A stretch of 64,000 nt of DNA from Anolis carolinensis. Lineage: Eukaryota. Shown piece by piece: positions 24,511-36,066 of the stretch. A program made the translations under genes and the position numbers. Under the pieces are notes generated by a model, which saw only the letters and a program-made list of their open reading frames with translations, was not told the origin of the DNA and searched no databases. Where the stretch lies: contig NC_085841.1 of NCBI RefSeq assembly GCF_035594765.1, positions 308,397,402 through 308,461,401 on the forward strand. Direction: 5' to 3'. Positions within the stretch are counted from its first letter, which is position 1; each line of letters opens with the position of its first letter.

Positions 24511-25312
24511 CTGTTCGTTACTGTAGGTGTTTCAACATGGTAAGAAGAGATAGAATCCTATGGTGGTGTGGTTGAATTTTTGCAAAAAGCTACAAATAGG
24601 GAACACAGGCATCTTGAAATGATCTTTGGAAAACGAAGTGACTTGGGAGCTGAACATTTCCCAGTCATGTCCTGTTGGAGTGTAAAACTTTCTTTCTTGT
24701 TTTCTTAAGAGTTTCCTACCAAGGGGTGACACCAATAAATCCAGCCTGCTTTTTTCTACTATGCCACCAAGACACAAGAAATACATGAGATACTGAAAAA
24801 TGAAATATGAATATTATTCTGGATATGTCTCGACAGCTACAAGGTAAGCTGAAAAAGATTACCCTTGTCCCTGTTCACAAGTCAGCTCATGCCCAGCTCT
24901 GTTGCTACTAAGGTGGAAAAACCTGGCAGGTTGATTGATCCAAGTTCTAAGTGTTTGTGTGCATTGAGATGTCTGTCTCCTTCCTTTCCCTGTTCCTTTT
25001 CTTCTCCTCATCATCCTCAGAATAACAATGCTCATATAAACCCACATGAAATTTAAGATTGTGCATGATCTTAAAGAGACAGATTTTGAGAGCCATAATG
25101 TTGTAGTGGTTTGAACATGGGTTAATCCCTCTTCAGCTGTGGTGACCCTGGGTCACCACACTCTCACAGCCTTGGAAGGCAAATGCAAACTCACTCTGAA
25201 CATGTCTTGTCAAGAAAACCATATAATAGAGCCACTTTACAGGAAGAAACCGGAAGGCACACAACAGCAATGCAAAGAAGAGTATGCATGTGTGAGAGAA
25301 AAATTATTAGTA

Positions 25313-25620
25313 CAGTAGAGTCTCACTTATCCAACATAAACGGGCCGGCAGAACATTGGATAAGCGAATATGTTGGATAATAAGGAGAGATTAAGGAAAA
25401 GCCTATTAAACATCAAATTAGGTTATGATTTTACAAATTAAGCACCAAAACATCATGTTATACAACAAATTTGACAGAAAAAATAGTTCAATACGTAGTA
25501 ATGCTGTGTAGTAATTACTGTATTTACGAATTTAGCACCAAAATATCATGATGTATTGAAAATATTGACTACAAAAATGCGTTGGATAATCCAGAATGTT
25601 GGATAAGTGAGACTCTACTG
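25313..25620. mobile_element. Tc1/mariner-type MITE
   Basis: TIR CAGTAGAGTCTCACTTATCCAAC, TA TSD. Confidence 0.92.
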
Positions 25621-25730
25621 TATTTGCACAAATCAAATACAGAAATTTAAAACTGGGGTAAATTAAACTTAAATTAGAAAAAGCACCAACAAAACGCAAA
25701 TCTCATGTGATTGCTTCTCTTACCCAAGCT

Positions 25731-26730
25731 CAGGGCCGGCCCCACGCATGCGGCAGCTGATGCCGCCGCCTCGGGCGCAGGCCCGGGGGGGCGCCGTCAG
25801 GCTGGGCGGGAGGCGGGGCACCGCCCTGACGGTGCCCCGCCTCCCGCCCAGTGCGCCCTGGCCCGTCTGGCCTGCTAGAAAAGGCCAGACGGGCGAGCGG
25901 GAGTAGCGTGGGAGGCGGGGCCAGCTCTGACGCCGCTCCCCCCCCCCGCCCAGCGTGCCTTGGCCCTGCCTCCCACGCAGCGTGGGAGGCGGGGCCAAGG
26001 CACGCTGGGCGGGGGGGGGGGAGCGGCGTCAGAGCTGGCCCCGCCTCCCACGCTACTCCCGCTCGCCCGTCTGGCCTTTTGTAGCAGGCCAGACTCAGCG
26101 GAGGTTTCTCCAGGCCGCGATTGCGGCCTGGAGGAACCTCCGCTGAGTCTGGCCTGCTACACAAGGCCAGACGGGCGAGCGGGGGTAACGTGGGAGGCGG
26201 GGCCAGCTCTGACGCCGCCCCCCCGCCCAGCGTGCCCTGGCCCCGCCTCCCACGTTGCGTGGGAGGCAGGGCCAAGGCACGCTGGGCGGGGGGGGGGGGG
26301 AGCGGCGTCAGAGCTGGCCCCGCCTCCCACGTTACCCCCGCTCGCCCGTCTGGCCTTTTGTAGCAGGCCAGACTCAGCGGAGGTTCCTCCAGGCCGCAAT
26401 CGCGGCCTGGAGAAACCTCCGCTGAGTCTGGCCTGCTACAAAAGGCCAGACGGGCGAGCGGGGGTAGCGTGGGAGGCGGGGCCAACTCTGGCCCCGCCCC
26501 CCCGCCCAGCGTGCCCTGGCCCCGCCTCCCACGCTGCGTGGGGGGCGGGGCCAGGGCACGGGGGGCGGGGCCAACTCTGGCCCCCGCCCCCTCACTATTC
26601 GCCCTGGCCCCGCCTCCCACGCAGCGTGGGAGGCGGGGCCAGGGCACGCTGGGCGGGGCCAGGGCGCCGGTGGCGGGGGCGCTTTTCAGCACCCCCGCTT
26701 TACATCAAAAAATATCTCCGGCCGGCCCTG
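25731..26730. mobile_element. GC-rich non-autonomous hAT element (Tip100-like termini) with internal alternating palindromes
   Basis: TIR CAGGGCCGGCC / GGCCGGCCCTG; perfect 8-bp TSD CCCAAGCT. Confidence 0.88.
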
Positions 26731-27120
26731 CCCAAGCTGCAACACCCCACCCCCTAAAAAAAGTAGTAGAGGAGGAAGAAGAGGAAGAGGGTAAGAGGAG
26801 GGGAAGAAGCCAAGGGAGGAAGGAAAAGCTAACTTTCCCATGCAGTCAGGGGTTTTGAGATTGCACTGCCTCTTTCTTCTTATGCTATACTTCTACAGAT
26901 TTTTGATTGTTTGTTTTTGTTTTACTTTTAAGACTTGTAAAGTTGAAGATACAAGAAAGACCCACCAGAGCACATCTGGACCTCAGTTCCCACTGATCCT
27001 CCTGTCACTTTGCTGGAAAGAAAAAGCACTTTGTAGGGTAGAAAATTATAGTATCATCTTAGTAATTGTAGTAGCTTTGTTATCAGTCTCAACACAGTTT
27101 CCAATGATAGATTAACAATA

Positions 27121-28277
27121 CACGCAGTCCCCAAGTTACAAACAAGACAAGTTCTGTAGGTTTGCTCTGAAGTTGAATTTATATGTAAGTCAGAACAGGT
27201 ACATTTTTAAATGTAACTCCAACAGTGTGTGTGTGTTGTGGTTCAGCCAGATGAAGATGAGGGGATTGGGGTTTCAGAGCCTGGGAGAGTGATAGATGGT
27301 TCTTTAGATGAGGAAAAGGAGCGGGTTTCAGAGTGAGATTCTGTCTTTGAGACAGAGTTTGAAAGTGGAACTGTTTTGGAGTCCAGCAGACAGGGAGAGG
27401 ACCTTTCACCCACAAGGAGCTTATCAACCTCTGATAAGGACTAGACAGACCAAGATAGCTCCTTTGAGGGAACAGCTGGTTCAGACAGGGATACCAGACT
27501 GCGTCTAAGGGGGGAAAACATCAGGTGCAGGAAATAAAATAAAAAATCCATGCGAAAGAAGCACAGAGAAAGAGTCCTCAAGGTCAAAGAAATGCTTTCA
27601 TGCCTTGCAGTCCTTAAATCAGAGAGCATTCGTTGAGATTTTAGATCAGGCAATGCTGCTGAATAGTAAGAATGCCAGCTCATGTTTTACTTCCTGGGAG
27701 TTTTGATTCATGTTTTAAGAAGTTCTTATAGCCCTGGTTTTCCTGGATTCATGTTCATGTTTTGATTCTTGTTTTCCTGTACCATTTGGATTATTTGGAT
27801 TATTTGAAATGCTTTCACTCTTCACCAGCTTGGTTGTGGTTTTTCATATGTACCTTTTCTAGTTACCTTTTGGATTTCACCTTCCTTATTCCTTTTGGTG
27901 ATTTTTCCCTTTTTATATGTATTTTCTTCAATAAACTGTTTTACTACTACTACTTTTGGATTATTAGTTGATCCTAAGGGCAAGGTGAACTCTGTCTGAG
28001 GTGCAACTATATACATACATATACATACACACACACACCACCCTGTGGTATTTGTTTCACCTCTCAGTCCCTGTGATTATTGTGACTTTTAAAGGCTTTC
28101 TGTGAAAACAAAGATTGGTGATAAAGCTTCAGTTGAGGTACCTTTTCCCCATGATAACTCTTTCAGGAGTGAATTTCCCTTCCAAGGAATAGATTTCTCT
28201 TTTTTCCTGTTGTCTCACCCCCATTCTTAACTATGAGTCATTTTTAAGTCGGATGATTGTAACTCGGGGACTGCCTG
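27121..28277. mobile_element. Tc1/mariner (Tigger-like) non-autonomous element containing a solo-LTR-like insert
   Basis: TIR CACGCAGTCCCCAAGTTAC / GTAACTCGGGGACTGCCTG, TA TSD. Confidence 0.8.
27234..28008 (+). mobile_element. Probable solo LTR inside the mariner element
   Basis: TGTTG...CAAC termini inserted in a TG/TA microsatellite; AATAAA at ~27930. Confidence 0.5.
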
Positions 28278-29401
28278 TACTTAGGTTAGTCTTCACCCTT
28301 TTTTCAGCTTTCTCAAGTCTGCATGTGATTAACCATATCTCTAATTAATATTGACAACTACAAGATAAATCAAAAGTCAGATAATAACTGAGACAACTCA
28401 CAGTCTGATTAATGTAATACTTTCTTTATTGATGGACTATAATTGAACAAACATATGTTACAGAAAGATGCACATAAGGTAAAATAGTGCACAAACGCAC
28501 AAACAAAAATAGTCCCACATCTTTAATAACATAGCCACCAAATTTTATTCAGTACAATTTTTTTAAAAAAACTTTATCAGTAGTATTTGACACCATACTA
28601 TTATCATAATTTATCACAGTAATTTTAATTTGCGAGGGAAGTCACTCCTCCAATGTAGATCTCATTTTTAAATTTTGGATATCTCCAAATAGTGGATGAG
28701 TTTGGAAACAGCATCTAAACTTAATTGACAGGGTGAGAAGATACCAGTTTCCAACAGATCCTAAAATCACTCTAATGTGTTATGTAAAAAGATATATTTA
28801 TATAATGTCTGTAAGAATGTGCATTGCACAAAACTGAAAGCAATACACCTCTCTAGTCCTACAGAATAATTTAGGGAAATATGGGCTATAGTCCTTTTCA
28901 GAGAAAAACAACTTTTTTACCAGGGTAAGCAAAACAATGTTACCTTTGCATTTACTATTGAAATGGTGATAACAAGACAAGACACGGTCTAGTCTTTTTC
29001 TCTTTTCATTTGTGTTACAGTTTGCATTTTGTGGAAATTTGGAAATTCAATATCATATCCAAAACCTTTAAAACAGCAAATAATTAATTGACTTTTGGAA
29101 AACTTAGGCTTTGAACATGAATATTAAATTTAAAATATATTGTTTGACAATTCTTATGGACTATCTTAAATGCATGGATTACCTTGAATACATCTCTATT
29201 TAAATAAACCAAACAATAGTCATGACTTTTCCTGGAAACTAACTACTTTTTTGAAATGTTGTATGCTAGAAATAATATAAATCATTGTTTACCTTTCTTA
29301 CCAGGAAAGTTAGAGGTTGCTTTTTAAAAAAAGGTTCAATATATCCCTTATTTCCATTTTATGATTTGTGTACTTCATTCACAGTTCATTTCTGTGATCT
29401 G

Positions 29402-30520
29402 TTATGGACTTGCTTCCCACTGGGTGGCTGTAGGGTGGATTTTTGGACTTAGTCTTTAAGATAATAGGTCAGTTGATTCTTGACATACAGATGGAGGCCT
29501 ACCCATACAACAGCAGCAGAAAGGACTAACACAGTTCTTGCAATAATTACTACAAATTGCTACGAAGTTCCGTATCAGAAAGGGCCCACATCATTTCTGC
29601 CTCTAGTGACTGCCTACTTACTCAGGAGTGGCCCATCTATAATTGCAATGGTAATATTTGTGGGCATTGCATGCTCTTTGTGAGTTCGGATTTCCTGATG
29701 AACACCCTCACGCATTGCCCATCAATGCACATGTCAGTGCCACAGGGAGTGCCATCATTCAGTGATCTAATATGATCTCTCCCTGTTCCACTCCCTCACC
29801 ACACTGCTCATTATTGCCAGTGGTTGCTTGGATTATGGACACTGTTTTCCATCAAAGCAGGTTCCTCTAAACATGCTAGTAAAGGATTTAGTTATATAAG
29901 TTAGTCACAGCATGACTTATTTTAACACATTCCATGATTAAAGCCAGAGTAGTCCAAATGATTGTTGTGAGCACTTTGAAGCAATCCTCTAACTGAACAG
30001 TGGCTTTCTTTCCTATTATCATTCCACATTGCTCATTACTGCAACTCCCATGACAACACCATATATCAACTTTGGGGCACCATCTTCAGGGGATCATTCT
30101 GAAGCCCTACAGCATGGCTCATGAAAATCAGAGATCCTAGTTTTTGTGTACACGTGGACCGAACTAGAAAGATACTGATATGATACAGCACTAGCAAAAA
30201 CCACAGGCAGCACCTGAGCATAACATACCATTAGATTAACAAAATGGATCCAACTCACATTGAGGTTTTGAACTAGCATCACAACATTTTCCATTTTTCA
30301 GTAATTTGTTTGCGCAGTACTTCAGTTTATATATTTTATCAAGATGTGGTGGGATTAATAGTCAATAAGGTATTTCTTGTATGAAACTGTCCCCTTAACC
30401 ACAGCTGCTAAATATATCAGTGGTTGCTTAAACTGCAGCCACGATACAGACCTGTTGTGATCAACATCCTATTTCATTTCAAGGTTATGTCCAAGGTCAT
30501 GCACAGTTTGGAAATAATAT
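29402..30520 (-). pseudogene. 5'-truncated ADAM20/21-like pseudogene (end of metalloprotease domain to tail)
   Basis: Degenerate HDLGHNLEMK*D zinc motif (~30470-30505), decayed disintegrin, DGTPCGTDMCIDGQC (~29710-29757), TM VLVLSAAVVWVG; many stops and frameshifts. Confidence 0.88.
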
Positions 30521-30673
30521 ATGGTTCAAAACATGCATTATGCACTGTCAGCACATTCTTGCCTTTTTTCCTCCTGTGTACATATTTGACACATTGGTAC
30601 TGGGCACTGCTGCAATCTATGGAAGCCTCTTATGCTGGGTAGAATCTTATCCTCTGCCATCTAAACAGATGCA

Positions 30674-32851
30674 TCATCCTCCTCTTGAATGATAGACAGC
30701 TGCACCAACCCAAGAAGCAACACAGAAAATAAGAAATATTATTCCTATAATAATTTGTGTTCTACTAAATTTGATGATACGCTTCTGTAATGGAGCAGGT
30801 CCGCTATCAGTACTACCACCATATCCTTTATATAGACAGTTTGGAGGGGACCAGCCATAATCACAATGGCAGTGTTTATAAGTGTTGCATACTCCCCGAT
30901 TGTTGCACTTCGTGACATTACAGTCATACATTAAGAGGGAGATACTCACACATTTCCCATCAATACATATCATGTTAGTGCCACAAGGAGTGCCATCCCG
31001 CACTGCTCCAATGTCAGCTGAGTCCATTCCATTGTGGTAAGCTATACCCCAACATTGACCATTGAGAGAAGATGACTGAATTATGGTATGGTGCTTCTCC
31101 GAAAAAGATATTTCATCCACATTATCACACTGGATTCGGCCACACAGGATATTCCTAGTATCACATTTATTATAAGTTCCATATGTACGTCCGCAGTTAC
31201 CAAAGCGATCACCTTGAGCGTTAACGTCTCTGAAACAACTTTCTGAAGCAACTCTTGCCTTGTTGCCAAAGATCATTTTACATTGTTCTTTATGAGTGCT
31301 GCACTTTCCATGATAACAAAATGTATTGTCATAGCATGGGGTACCATCTTGTACATAAACATCTTCAGGACACCATACTGAAGTTCCACTGCAGTACTCA
31401 GGAAGGTCACAGATGCTAGTTTTTTCTCGGCAAATGGATCCAGCTTGGAGATACTGGCAGTTGGCACAGCATTGTCCAAAAGCACAACTGGCACCAGAAT
31501 AGAAAGTACAATTAAATTGGCAACATGGATCTGACTCACATTCAGCTTTTGAACCACAGTCACATTGCTCACCTTTTTCCACCACTTTGTTGCCACAGTA
31601 TTTTATTTTATCTTTTTTTTCAGAGTCTGGTGGACTTAACAAACAAAAAGAATTTTTTAGTTTGAAATAATAATTATAACTGCAATTGCTAAATTGATCA
31701 GTAGGTGCTTGAACTGCAGACATAATACAGGCATCTCGATCACAATTACAGTACTTCTTATCATGTTTCATACCAAGAACATGACCTAATTCATGAGCAA
31801 ATGTATTAGAAAAATGAAATAAACTGGAAGTCATGTATGATTCCACAGCAGATCCCCAATGCTTATCACAAATTGTTCCTAGATATGCCAGTCCATGTAT
31901 AGTTCCAAACCTCTTGTATACAAATAAGTGACCAGCATCATTCTGTAGCCGTTGAACAAGGGAGTCTCTTCTCCAGCGTGTAAATGACAATAGTGTGTCA
32001 TTAATGGTGTCAGCAATTTCTATGAGATTCTTGGTGGACCAGATCTCAAGCCCAGCTAGAGACAATCGAAGAGGAAGTGGGTCATACAGAGAATTTGCAG
32101 TATGGATAACATTCAGAATGTGTAGAGTAGTAAGTGTTTCATTTTTGTCAAACTTCACAAATCGTTCATGTTCCACCACAACTGCCACCTTCACATACCT
32201 AGTGTGTGTCCACCAGTTTTTGTTGAAATCATGTTCTGCTACTCCATTCTCTCTGTTCCACATCATAGCCTCTTGATGTTTTTGCTCTTCCTCTGTCAGC
32301 CCACACATCATATGGATAGCTTCTTCTTCTTCTTCTTCCAAGCGATAAACCACATGTTGAAAGGTGTCAGATGCTGGAACAGGTTCAATTTCATATGTTT
32401 CATTTTTTAATCTCAAGATACCTCTGAGTCCTCCTAAACAAGTGCTGAGTGTGACCAGAGAAGAAGGCTTACCCTGCACAACACCATGGTAGAAGCAGTT
32501 GTCTCTGATGAATGGATGGTCCACCTGGAGATCCCCTTCCTCTTTGTAAGTGAAGACAGGAAAATGTTTAGGGACCAAGCCCCTTTTCTGCCTGAGATAC
32601 AGAAAGTAGCTTTCCCCTTCAATTTGCAAAAAGTAGGTAGCATCTCTGTGCTGGCGCTGTCCATATCTGGGAGTCAGCTTCCTTGGGATGGTTACTTCGT
32701 AAGAGGCATATCTAAAGCCTCTTGGTGGTGTCTGCCCTGCAGTCTCTGTCAGAAAATTCCTCAAGAATATCATAAGCAGCCAAGATAGAGCATTTGCGGT
32801 TTTACCAGACAGAGGAAGAAGTCCCATGAAGTACATCCTCTGTTGTCTCAT
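30674..32851 (-). CDS. ADAM20/ADAM21-like metalloproteinase, copy 3 (725 aa from the first ATG; tail shortened by a frameshift)
   Basis: HELGHVLGMKHD, full ectodomain and TM. The track start at 32890 is TTG; first in-frame ATG is 32851 (alternatives 32836, 32827). Confidence 0.93.
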   Translation of the reverse strand: MRQQRMYFMGLLPLSGKTANALSWLLMIFLRNFLTETAGQTPPRGFRYASYEVTIPRKLTPRYGQRQHRDATYFLQIEGESYFLYLRQKRGLVPKHFPVFTYKEEGDLQVDHPFIRDNCFYHGVVQGKPSSLVTLSTCLGGLRGILRLKNETYEIEPVPASDTFQHVVYRLEEEEEEAIHMMCGLTEEEQKHQEAMMWNRENGVAEHDFNKNWWTHTRYVKVAVVVEHERFVKFDKNETLTTLHILNVIHTANSLYDPLPLRLSLAGLEIWSTKNLIEIADTINDTLLSFTRWRRDSLVQRLQNDAGHLFVYKRFGTIHGLAYLGTICDKHWGSAVESYMTSSLFHFSNTFAHELGHVLGMKHDKKYCNCDRDACIMSAVQAPTDQFSNCSYNYYFKLKNSFCLLSPPDSEKKDKIKYCGNKVVEKGEQCDCGSKAECESDPCCQFNCTFYSGASCAFGQCCANCQYLQAGSICREKTSICDLPEYCSGTSVWCPEDVYVQDGTPCYDNTFCYHGKCSTHKEQCKMIFGNKARVASESCFRDVNAQGDRFGNCGRTYGTYNKCDTRNILCGRIQCDNVDEISFSEKHHTIIQSSSLNGQCWGIAYHNGMDSADIGAVRDGTPCGTNMICIDGKCVSISLLMYDCNVTKCNNRGVCNTYKHCHCDYGWSPPNCLYKGYGGSTDSGPAPLQKRIIKFSRTQIIIGIIFLIFCVASWVGAAVYHSRGG

Positions 32852-32945
32852 TGCAGAAATGGAAACCTTCTCCCATTGTTGAAAGGCCAAAAGAAAGATG
32901 GCAATATCATTCTATGGGAATTGGAAGAAGAGGCGAAGGATTCCG

Positions 32946-32995
32946 TACATAGCAACAGCCAATGGGGTTTTCTTTGGAATGGGGGTGGAGCTTGA
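32946..32995 (-). promoter_or_regulatory. Conserved upstream motif block of ADAM copy 3
   Basis: CATAGCAACAGCCAATGGGGTTTTCTTTGGAATGGGGGTGGAG. Confidence 0.65.
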
Positions 32996-33399
32996 ATGAT
33001 CAAGAATGGAGCAGAATAACAGTAGGTAGGTAAGAGTAAAAAGATCCCCATGTCTAGCTGAAAGAGCTGTAGGAAGAAGAGCTCATTTTATTGGGAATGT
33101 CTTCTAAAGATCTCACAATAATTTTGAGATGCAGTCTAAGCCAAAGTCTTAAAATGCCACATATGTTTCTATAAATCTTGGCCACAGTTACCAATGGCTA
33201 GTCCTTTTTTGGTGGGTTATTGCCCATTTGAAATAGGTGTGAAGCCTTCTGGTATATGTAAATATCCCCTTCAGACTTAGATCAACTGATGTCTGGTCAT
33301 CTCAGGCACAGCTTTTTCTTTGACCAGTTACAGATCTGAAGATAAATCTCACAAGTTATTAAACCAAGTAACAGTTATTAGCATTAATATCCGCCTAAG

Positions 33400-33773
33400 A
33401 CATGTTTAGCCTGCAGAAGGGAAGGCTGAGAGGAGACATGATAGCCATGTAAAAATACGTGAAGTCATAGGGAGGAGGGAGCAAGCTTCTTTTCTGCTGC
33501 CCTGCAGACTAGGACACGGAACAATGGCTTCAAACTACAGGAAAGGAGATTCCACCTGAACATCAGGAAGAACTTCCTCACTGTGAGAGCTGTTTGACAG
33601 TGGAACTCTCTCCCCTGGGCCGTGGTGGAGGCTCCTTCTTTGGAGGCTTTTAAGCAGAGGCTGGATAGCCATTTGTTGGGGGTGCTTTGAATGCGATTTC
33701 CTGCTTCTTGGCATGGGGTTGGACTGGATGGCCCATGAGGTCTCTTCCAACTTTACTATTCTATGATTCTATG
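33400..33773 (+). mobile_element. CR1 LINE 3' fragment
   Basis: ORF2 end and ATTCTATG tail. Confidence 0.9.
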
Positions 33774-35246
33774 AAATGTAACTCCTCTTGCAATCTTATA
33801 CAGACATCCACTTGAGTTTGATACATATTATCTTAGAAAATTTTCTCCATCAAAATCAAACAAAATTGCCTCTTCTCAATTACACAATCTTCAACCCCTT
33901 CAAAGAAAATTTTGCCATCTTTTAAAGTTATTTTCCTTTTACCTTTTTCATGTCTCACAATTTTCTTTGGGTTTCTTTCATACTCAGAAAATTATGTTTC
34001 AAGGGTACTTAACAGAATCAGAAGCTCTTGGTTCCTTAGATGATGCAGGCATCTTCTGAGTATTAGAGAAATCAAGAAGTCACCTTCTGAAATTTTGTAA
34101 CTTAAAATCACAAGTTCTTTTAATAACATCAATAAATCAATAACATCAATTAATGTCAATAAATACAGAATACAACATAGATGGAACTGAAATCCAGTAA
34201 ATCAGTTTTCCTTGATTGGGAGGCAAATTAGTGGTTTCTTAAGTTAGTTGGGTCTGGTTTTACATGACCCTGGGAAGGAAGCAGTGAGCACCTGTAGTCC
34301 GGCTCATCCCATCATTCTTTGGCCTCCAAACTGCTGCTAGTTAGGTATTGTACTATAGTTCTCCAGTACTTTTTATTCCCTCAGTCTTTCTCTGTTTCTC
34401 CAACTTCCTTTTCTTTAAATCTTTCATGCTCTTGTCAAAATCATCCCATCGGACAAAAAAACCCCATAGCTTTTCAGAATGTTCTGTTACAGCTCCCTCA
34501 GGCCACAAAATATTGTTCTCCAGGCATCTTGCAAGAAAGCAAAAGTTAAATGGCACCCATCTCCTGATGTTGGGATTCCAATCTATTTAGAAATATTTAG
34601 TTTGACATTGTGAAGTTATATTCCATAACTAATAGAATGACATGGAAAGTAATATCCTATGGATTCCCCCTCTCACAGAGATGATCTTTGCAACTTTTTT
34701 GGAGTATTGACAACAATTCAGTTCTAGAATGAAAAAGATTTATGACACACTGTTGCTATTAACTGCTGCCCTTAAAAAACCCTTTAACTGCTGCTCAGAA
34801 CCGCATCAAAGTAATTAAAGATTCCCTTCCTTGAAAAGCCTGGTGTAAATACATTAGCAGATTTCACCACAATTTTGAATGCAGCATATGTCATTCTGTG
34901 AGTGACTAGGCTTTGCCAACTTTAACTAAGCTAGTCTTCAGTGCTTCAATGCGCTGCTGTGGCTACATTAGCCCTATCAAGGCCATGACTGATGTAAGCT
35001 GGCCGTTACATACTCCAAGTCGCAGAGTGCACGTGGGACTCGAGTAAAAAGAGATGGATCTAGGAGCATTCACAAGCTATGCACTCACACCTTTAGTGGG
35101 AATGCAGCTCCATCCAGGGCAATCCACAAAGCCTCTGTCTTGATGGGGATTCATCTTCAGTTTAATAGTCCTTGTACAGCTAATCACATCATCCATGCAC
35201 TACTCCAAGAGCTGCACAGCCTTAGTCAACTCTAACAACCACAATA

Positions 35247-35458
35247 GGACCGGGCTGTGGCACAGGCTGGAAAGCAAGCCAGCTGCAACAAATCAACAAA
35301 TCACTCTGACCAAGAGGTCATGAGTTCAAGGCCAGCCTGCATCTTGTCTCTGTCTCTGTTCTATGTCATGGCATTGAATGTTTGCCTTTATGTGTGCAAT
35401 GTGATCCACCCTTTGGGGTGAGAAGGGCGGAAATGCTGTAAATAAATAAATAAATAAA
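35247..35458 (+). mobile_element. tRNA-derived SINE with an L2-type tail
   Basis: B-box-like GAGTTCAAG; tail ..GAGAAGGGCGG..(TAAA)n resembles the L2 3' end at 37274-37345. Confidence 0.65.
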
Positions 35459-35971
35459 TGGCAACATCATAGGGAACTGCAGGAAGGGGAAATAGACGAG
35501 AAACTGGTAGTCATCTCAGGCACAGAAGAGAGAGCTCCATCTGCTAGATAATAAAGTTTGAAATTGCATTATATGGTCAGTGCAAACTATGCAGTTCAAT
35601 GCAGTTATGCTACATCATATGAGTCTATACTGATCATATAATGCAGTTTCAAACTGCATTATGTGGCAGTTTAGATGGGGCCAAAGAAGTGAGTACAATT
35701 TCAGCAAAAAAAAAAAAACAAATAAAGAAACCAGTAACAGAGCCAGTGTGGTCATTCCACTTACTCTCTTAACTAATCTAGGCACTTATCCTGAGGCAAA
35801 AAGGATGCACTTTCTTTCTGATGATAGAGCTCTTTGCTGGGCAGGGTGGAAGGCCAGTTAAACTTCTCTGGACATTGTTGTCATTACTGTATTAGTAGAC
35901 TGGTCCAGTGTGTTCCTTACATACTTACTTGGAAGTAAGCCCAAGTGGTGAGCCAGGTCCAGATAATCAGA

Positions 35972-36066
35972 AGGCAACCGATCCTGGCTGATCTTGGAAG
36001 TTACGCATGATTGGCTCTGGTTAGTAGTTGGATGGGAGACTGAAGAAAATACCAGAGGCTGTAGGT
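35972..36066 (+). pseudogene. Degenerate 5S rRNA-derived sequence (5S-SINE head)
   Basis: CTGATCTTGGAAG..CTGGTTAGTAGTTGGATGGGAGAC..AATACC..GCTGTAGG follows the 5S rRNA 3' two-thirds with many substitutions. Confidence 0.7.

Noticed and set aside
25850-26660. CRISPR-like or viral-origin reading of the repeat array
   Set aside because: No unique spacers or cas genes; it is bounded by hAT TIRs and an 8-bp TSD in vertebrate DNA
25720-26858. Several 60-320 aa Pro/Ala/Gly-rich ORFs on both strands
   Set aside because: By-product of a GC-rich palindromic repeat with few stop codons
34300-35240. Possible exon or recombinase remnant
   Set aside because: No recognisable motif or convincing splice-site pair by eye
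35972-36066. Functional 5S rRNA gene
   Set aside because: Partial and heavily substituted; consistent with a SINE head or pseudogene
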